Assembly (NCBI GenBank): GCA_013334765.1 | Contig: JAAXWW010000001.1 | Span: forward strand, 108,589 to 172,588 | Length of the DNA: 64,000 bases | Direction: 5' to 3' | From: Candidatus Moraniibacteriota bacterium | GTDB taxonomy: Bacteria; Patescibacteriota; Minisyncoccia; Moranbacterales; UBA2206 | Shown here: piece after piece, positions 58,652 to 64,000 of the stretch | Numbering within the stretch: position 1 is the first letter of the stretch | How the letters are laid out: each line of letters begins with the position of its first letter | Translations under genes and position numbers: made by a program | The notes under the pieces: model-generated | Databases searched by the model: none | Told to the model about the DNA's origin: nothing | The model's input: the letters and a program-made list of their open reading frames with translations, nothing else

Positions 58652-60157
58652 ATGAATCAGAATTCCATAGAAAAATTCAAGGAAGAATTGGCGGAAATAT
58701 ATCATCTTGGCGCTGCTGTTTCCGTGCTTCATTGGGATCAGGATGTGAATATGCCCAAAAAAGGAATGGAAATGAGAGCCAAGTCTATCGCCAATCTTTC
58801 TGGGATACTGCATGACAAATTCGTTTCGCCTTCTTTTTCCAGACTGGTGAGAGCGGCGAAAAAAGAATTGGATGGCGGAAAGCTGAGCGATGAGAACGCT
58901 TGCATCGTGAGGGAAATATGGCGCGAGTTTTCCAGGGAGAAGAAGCTGCCGCTGGAATTCGTCAAGGAGCTGTCAGAGACGACATCCGTGGCGACATCTG
59001 TCTGGGCTGAAGCGAGAAAAGAGAACGATTTCGGACTCTTCTTGCCGTATCTCAAGAAGATAGTGTCGCTTAAGAGGAAAGAGGCGGAGCTTGTCGGATA
59101 TAAGGATTCTCCGTATGACGCCCTGCTGGATGCCTATGAACCTGGCATGACGGCGCGCGAGATTGAGATGATATTTTCTGAGCTGAGGGATTTCCTGGTT
59201 CCTTTCTTGGCGAATATCATGAAATCAAAAGTGAGAGTCAGGAATATCCTGAAGGGTAAATTTCCTATTGAGCGCCAGGTCGAGTTCAACAAGGCTGTAG
59301 CGGAGAAGATCGGGTTCGATTTCGATGCTGGAAGATTGGATATAAGCACTCATCCTTTCACGACGCAGTTCCATCCGGGGGATGTCAGGATAACGACCAG
59401 ATATAGTGACAGAGACCCTTTCTATTCTATCGGAAGCACTATCCATGAATCGGGGCATGCTCTTTATGAGCAGGGAATACCGATGGAAAACTTCGGTTCT
59501 CCGTTGGGCGATGCTATTTCGCTCGGAATCCACGAATCGCAGTCGCGCATGTGGGAGAATATTGTCGGTAGGAGTGAAAATTTCTGGAAATATTTTTTTC
59601 CGCGCCTTAAGAAGGCTTTTCCCAAGAATTTCGATAAAGCGGAAATGGGCGATATCTATAGATATGTGAATGCGGTGAAGCCCTCGCTTATCAGGACGGA
59701 AGCGGATGAAGTGACATATAATCTGCATATCATCATGCGTTTTGAGATAGAGAAGGAATTGATTGAAGGAAGCATTGCAGTTGAAGACCTGCCGAAGATT
59801 TGGAACAGTAAAGTGAAGGAGTATTTCGGAATAGATGTTCCGAATGATGCTCTCGGGGTTTTGCAGGATGTGCATTGGTCGGGAGGATTGATTGGATATT
59901 TTCCGACCTATGCTCTTGGCAATCTTTATAGTGCCCAATTCTATGAGGCTGCCAAGCGGGATGTTCTGAATCTGGAAAAAGAGATCCGAGCCGGACAATT
60001 CGCGCATCTGCTCAACTGGCTTAGGAAGAATATCCATATTCATGGTAAGATGTTCACAGCCAGGGAGCTGATTGAAAATGCCAGCGGCGAGCCTTTGAAT
60101 GCGCAATATTTCATGGATTACATCGAGGACAAATATTCCAGGATCTATGGATTTTAG
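58652..60157 (+). CDS. Carboxypeptidase M32
   Basis: HPF, DVRITT, HESGH, HESQS, IRTEADE, GYFPTY. Confidence 0.95.
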   Translation: MNQNSIEKFKEELAEIYHLGAAVSVLHWDQDVNMPKKGMEMRAKSIANLSGILHDKFVSPSFSRLVRAAKKELDGGKLSDENACIVREIWREFSREKKLPLEFVKELSETTSVATSVWAEARKENDFGLFLPYLKKIVSLKRKEAELVGYKDSPYDALLDAYEPGMTAREIEMIFSELRDFLVPFLANIMKSKVRVRNILKGKFPIERQVEFNKAVAEKIGFDFDAGRLDISTHPFTTQFHPGDVRITTRYSDRDPFYSIGSTIHESGHALYEQGIPMENFGSPLGDAISLGIHESQSRMWENIVGRSENFWKYFFPRLKKAFPKNFDKAEMGDIYRYVNAVKPSLIRTEADEVTYNLHIIMRFEIEKELIEGSIAVEDLPKIWNSKVKEYFGIDVPNDALGVLQDVHWSGGLIGYFPTYALGNLYSAQFYEAAKRDVLNLEKEIRAGQFAHLLNWLRKNIHIHGKMFTARELIENASGEPLNAQYFMDYIEDKYSRIYGF

Positions 60158-60354
60158 GTTGTTTTCATCGGGATTCGCGTATTTTAGGAAATTACTATAG
60201 CGACTTTTGTGGTGTCCGGGGAAGCCTGGCAATACATTTAATCAAGCCATAGTACTGTAATATGAATCTTGGTGAGTAATTCTTAAAAATTCCCCAGACA
60301 CCTCATTTGTTATTAAAAATATATAAACAATAAGAATGTTAAGATTTACGAATT

Positions 60355-61623
60355 ATGAAATTCAAGAAAACCAAACTGAAAAACGGGCTTAGGATAATCA
60401 CGGCTCCGATGACCGGAACGGAAACCGCGACAGTGGTTGTGATGGTGGGAGTGGGATCGCGCTATGAAACAGAAAAACAGGCGGGTCTTTCTCATTTCAT
60501 CGAGCATATGATGTTCAAGGGGACTGCGAACCGTCCGACGGCGCTCTCGATTTCTTCGGAGCTGGATGCGATTGGCGGTGAGTTCAATGCTTTCACATCC
60601 AAGGATGCGACCGGGTATTATGCCAAGGCGGATGCTAGGCATATGGATATTGCGCTGGATGTGATTTTCGATATGTTCTTGAATTCTAAATTGGATCAAG
60701 AAGAGATCGATCGCGAAAAAGGGACGATCATTCAGGAGCTCAATATGTATGAGGATAATCCGATGAGAAGCATCGGGGATGTTTTCGAGGGCATGCTGTA
60801 TGCTGGCAATAATCTCGGGCGGGATATCGGAGGATACAAGGAGACTGTGAAATCGTTCAAGCGCAGGGATTTCGTTTCATATATGAAGCGTTTCTATGTG
60901 GCTAATGACACTGTTGTTTCCGTTGCGGGTAAATTCAATGAAAAGAAAATCATACCGCAGATCAAGAAGTATTTCGAAAGCTTCTCTTCCGGGAACAAGG
61001 CGGCGATTTCCAGGGTCAAGGAGAATCAGAAAAAACCTGAAATCAAGGTCAAATTCAAGAAGACCGATCAGACTCATTTCATCGTCGGCACGCGCGCATT
61101 CGATCGGGATGATGATAGGCGCTATGCTCTTTCGCTGCTTTCCATAATCCTGGGCGGGAATATGTCGAGCCGTCTTTTCATCGAAGTACGCGAAAGGAGA
61201 GGCCTGGCATATTATGTCAGGACTACGACGGATCTTTTCGAAGATTGCGGATATATCGCGACGCAGGCGGGAGTGGAGCATGAGAATCTGGAAAAGGCGC
61301 TGAAAGTCATTTTAGAGGAATACAGGAAGATATCTGAAATGAGGGTGAGCGATGAGGAACTCAAGCGTGCTAAGGAATATGTGAAGGGCAAATCGGTGAT
61401 GGGATTGGAGGCATCGGATGAGATGGCGCTTTTCCTTGTGAACCAGGAAATAGAGAAGGGGAATATATTGGAGCAGGAGGAGATTTTCAAGAGGATTGAT
61501 AAGGTGACGGCTGATGATATAATGAAGGTGGCCAAGGAAGTGTTCCGCACCGAGATTCTCAATTTGGCAGTCATCGGTCCGCATAAGAATGAAGATAAGC
61601 TGAGGAATCTGCTGAAATTGTAG
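60355..61623 (+). CDS. M16 family (pitrilysin-like) peptidase
   Basis: HFIEH inverted Zn motif, NAFTS, SRLFIEVRERRGLAY. Confidence 0.95.
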   Translation: MKFKKTKLKNGLRIITAPMTGTETATVVVMVGVGSRYETEKQAGLSHFIEHMMFKGTANRPTALSISSELDAIGGEFNAFTSKDATGYYAKADARHMDIALDVIFDMFLNSKLDQEEIDREKGTIIQELNMYEDNPMRSIGDVFEGMLYAGNNLGRDIGGYKETVKSFKRRDFVSYMKRFYVANDTVVSVAGKFNEKKIIPQIKKYFESFSSGNKAAISRVKENQKKPEIKVKFKKTDQTHFIVGTRAFDRDDDRRYALSLLSIILGGNMSSRLFIEVRERRGLAYYVRTTTDLFEDCGYIATQAGVEHENLEKALKVILEEYRKISEMRVSDEELKRAKEYVKGKSVMGLEASDEMALFLVNQEIEKGNILEQEEIFKRIDKVTADDIMKVAKEVFRTEILNLAVIGPHKNEDKLRNLLKL

Positions 61624-61632
61624 TTCGGAATC

Positions 61633-61716
61633 GCTTGCCGTCATGGTGCTATTTTACTTGCCTTTCGTTCGCTTCGCTCACACGGAAGCCGCAAAATAGC
61701 ATCATGACGGCAAGCT
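61633..61716. repeat. Long palindrome with a gcttcgctc core
   Basis: gcttgccgtcatggtgctatttt...aaaatagcatcatgacggcaagc. Confidence 0.7.
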
Positions 61717-61737
61717 TATAAATTTTTTCTATTCATT

Positions 61738-62781
61738 ATGGCTAAGCATGAAGTCGATGTGACGACGGGGATAATTTTCAGGACGGTCTTGATATTGGCT
61801 GGCATTCTGTTTTTGTATCTTATTCTGGATATATTGGCGCTTCTTTTCATCGCGGTGATTATCGCGTCTGCTATGAATCCGGCGATTGATTGGATGGAGA
61901 GGAAAAAGGTTCCGCGTACGGCGGGAGTGCTGATTCTCTATCTGCTTCTGCTCCTGGTTATCGGAGCTGCCATATTTTTTGTCGGTCCCTCCATTGCTGC
62001 TCAAGCTGGAGATTTCTATCAGAAACTGCCTCAATATCTGGAGGGGGTCCAGAATTCGATAAACTCTCTCCGAGACGCTTTCAGCGCTAAGAACATCAAT
62101 TTCAACTATCAGAGTTTTCAAAGCAGTGTGGACGGGGTTGTTTCCAATCTTCCAAGCAATATATTCTTCGGAACGATCGGAATATTTTCCGGACTCATTT
62201 CGGGAGTCATCGCGCTTTCCCTGGCATTCTATATGTCTATTGAGAGGGATGGGATAAAGAAATTCGTCGCGATGCTGGTGCCAGAGTCGCACAAGAAATA
62301 CGCCATTAGCCTCGTGGAGAGAATACAATCAAAAATAGGCAAATGGCTGCTGGGTCAGCTTCTCCTGATGCTTATCATTTTCGTTCTTGATTCCGTGGGA
62401 CTGTATATTATCGGCGTTCCGTATCCGCTTATTTTGGGAGCCTTTGCGGGGCTTATGGAAGTCATAGCCTATATCGGACCCATAATCTCAGCTGTTCCGG
62501 GAATAATCCTAGGGTTCTTCATCTCTCCGACTATCGGATTTTTAGCAATGCTTGTCTACCTGGTGGCTCAGCAACTGGAAGGGAATATCATCGTTCCTCA
62601 GATAATGAAAAAGGCGGTGGGATTGAATCCTATCGCTGTCATTATGGCGCTTCTTATCGGCGCCAAACTGGGCGGAGTGCTTGGCGCTATCCTGGCGATT
62701 CCGATAGCGACTGCTATCGGTCTTTTCCTGAGCGATATCATGAACAGGCAGAAAGAAGCGGAAGGGGCAGAAGGGTTGTGA
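61738..62781 (+). CDS. AI-2E family transporter
   Basis: Multi-TM; IAYIGP, QQLEGNIIVPQIM..VGLNP, GAILAIP. Confidence 0.93.
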   Translation: MAKHEVDVTTGIIFRTVLILAGILFLYLILDILALLFIAVIIASAMNPAIDWMERKKVPRTAGVLILYLLLLLVIGAAIFFVGPSIAAQAGDFYQKLPQYLEGVQNSINSLRDAFSAKNINFNYQSFQSSVDGVVSNLPSNIFFGTIGIFSGLISGVIALSLAFYMSIERDGIKKFVAMLVPESHKKYAISLVERIQSKIGKWLLGQLLLMLIIFVLDSVGLYIIGVPYPLILGAFAGLMEVIAYIGPIISAVPGIILGFFISPTIGFLAMLVYLVAQQLEGNIIVPQIMKKAVGLNPIAVIMALLIGAKLGGVLGAILAIPIATAIGLFLSDIMNRQKEAEGAEGL

Positions 62782-62870
62782 TATTGAAAGGAGTATATTT
62801 GAAAAAGAAAAAACCGATTCGCAAGAAATCGGTTTTTTGATATTTCCGGATAGGATTTCGATTTGTGCCA

Positions 62871-63350
62871 TCAATTCGTTCCGATGATGATCATTATTAT
62901 CACAGCGGCTGAAATCAGGATGTCATTCCTGGCGTTCCTAAGATTCCAATGGCGTTCCCTGGCATCTTTGGGGTATTTCCCATAGCGATGGCAGAAGAAA
63001 TGGAACCTTATTATTTTCCTGAAAATCCTAGTTGGAAACAGCCAATAGATAGCTGTGATAAGATCGGGAAACATCGAAGCGAAGCTGCCGAGAAGTATGT
63101 TTCTGGATTTCTCGGGAGAAAAATCCTTGAAGTATGTCAGGGAAAACACTATCAGGAATGCCGCAGAAAGGTCCAGCGCTATTTTCCACCAGGTATTTTT
63201 AATGGTGGCTTTCTTCTCGTCGAGATATTCCCCATGGCGGAAAGAATCCATGAAGAAGTGGGTTATGAGCGAAAAGACGACTATCCAGAAAGGATTTTCG
63301 ACTTCCTTCCCGATGATGGCGCCGGCAAGGGCATGGGTGGTGAGAATCAT
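62871..63350 (-). CDS. Membrane protein, metal-dependent hydrolase-like
   Basis: THALAG, HFFMDSFRH, MFPD, FHFFCH with TM segments. Confidence 0.6.
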   Translation of the reverse strand: MILTTHALAGAIIGKEVENPFWIVVFSLITHFFMDSFRHGEYLDEKKATIKNTWWKIALDLSAAFLIVFSLTYFKDFSPEKSRNILLGSFASMFPDLITAIYWLFPTRIFRKIIRFHFFCHRYGKYPKDARERHWNLRNARNDILISAAVIIMIIIGTN

Positions 63351-63411
63351 GACTCAAATTGTCAAACGGATGAATTATTGATAGAGTTACTGTATATCTA
63401 ACTTTTCTATC

Positions 63412-64000
63412 ATGGATACTGGTATATTATACATTGTCGCGACTCCGATTGGCAACCTGGGAGACATCACTTTCCGCGGGGTTGAAACGCTTAAAAAGGC
63501 TGATTTGATCGTGTGCGAAGACACTAGGACAACTAAGAGGCTCCTTGAGCAGTATGGGATTCCGACTCCGACCGTTTCATTCTATAAGAAGGTTTCCGGT
63601 GGCGGAGGCGTGAAGCCGCAGCCGAAAACGGAAGAAATCATCCGAGAGCTGAAAGCCGGAAAGAACGTGGCCTTCGTGAGCGACGCCGGAACGCCGGGAA
63701 TATCAGATCCGGGGAATCAGCTGGTGGAAGCGGCAATCGCGGAAAACATCTGCGTCATTCCGATTCCCGGGGCATCATCGATCACCTCGCTCATCAGCGT
63801 TTCCGGAATAGATATGCAGAAATTCGTTTTCATGGGGTTCCCGCCGCACAAGAAAGGAAGGGAGACTTTTTTCAAGGAAGTCGTCGCGCTCTCATATCCT
63901 GCCGTCTATCTGGAATCCCCGCATAGGCTAATCAAGAACCTGGAACTTCTCAAAAGCCTTGCTCCTGAAAAGAATATCATCCTCGGCCGTGAGCTCACCA
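63412..64000 (+). CDS. rsmI: 16S rRNA C1402 2'-O-methyltransferase, 3'-truncated by the window edge
   Basis: Translated by eye: MDTGILYIVATPIGNLGDITFRG..CEDTRTT..VSDAGTPGISDPG..ESPHR. Confidence 0.93.
   Translation, partial: MDTGILYIVATPIGNLGDITFRGVETLKKADLIVCEDTRTTKRLLEQYGIPTPTVSFYKKVSGGGGVKPQPKTEEIIRELKAGKNVAFVSDAGTPGISDPGNQLVEAAIAENICVIPIPGASSITSLISVSGIDMQKFVFMGFPPHKKGRETFFKEVVALSYPAVYLESPHRLIKNLELLKSLAPEKNIILGRELT

Noticed and set aside
4833-62328. Long antisense or alternate-frame ORFs (e.g. 4833-5792, 6799-7725, 36079-37176, 50884-51978, 57219-58163, 59225-60232)
   Set aside because: They are shadows of well-supported genes on the other strand and have no recognisable motifs.
1-64000. 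Alternative genetic code (UGA=Gly) or selenocysteine
   Set aside because: TGA ends conserved genes at expected positions (galT, gatB, recO), and the hydrogenase ligands are all Cys.

Overview
64 kb of a small, gene-dense bacterial chromosome using genetic code 11. Gene content and style suggest Patescibacteria/CPR (Parcubacteria, Moranbacteria-like); this placement is inference. Housekeeping content: galT, tpiA, fba, gap, secE-nusG-rplK-rplA, a dTTP-synthesis cluster, gatB, miaA/miaB, thrS, dnaE, rnhB, argS, ileS, recO, tgt, glyQS, M32/M16/U32 family proteins, rsmI, and stand-alone tRNA-Ala and tRNA-Ile. Five things stand out. (1) A hydrogenase locus between fba and gap joins NuoE/NuoF-like subunits and a catalytically degenerate [FeFe]-hydrogenase (HydA-like) subunit to a group-3-type [NiFe] small/large pair with stripped-down HypC/HypA. 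(2) Two GxxExxY nuclease-like genes are each enclosed by long inverted repeats built from short tandem units; a gene-less copy of the same repeat and a second empty repeat family also occur, suggesting a hairpin-delimited mobile or intervening element. (3) Three T-box riboswitches are present, two with an apparently minimal Stem I. (4) Four modular nested palindromic repeats are dispersed through the window. (5) About ten orphan single-gene cassettes carry strong Shine-Dalgarno sites and their own terminators among core genes that largely lack Shine-Dalgarno sites.
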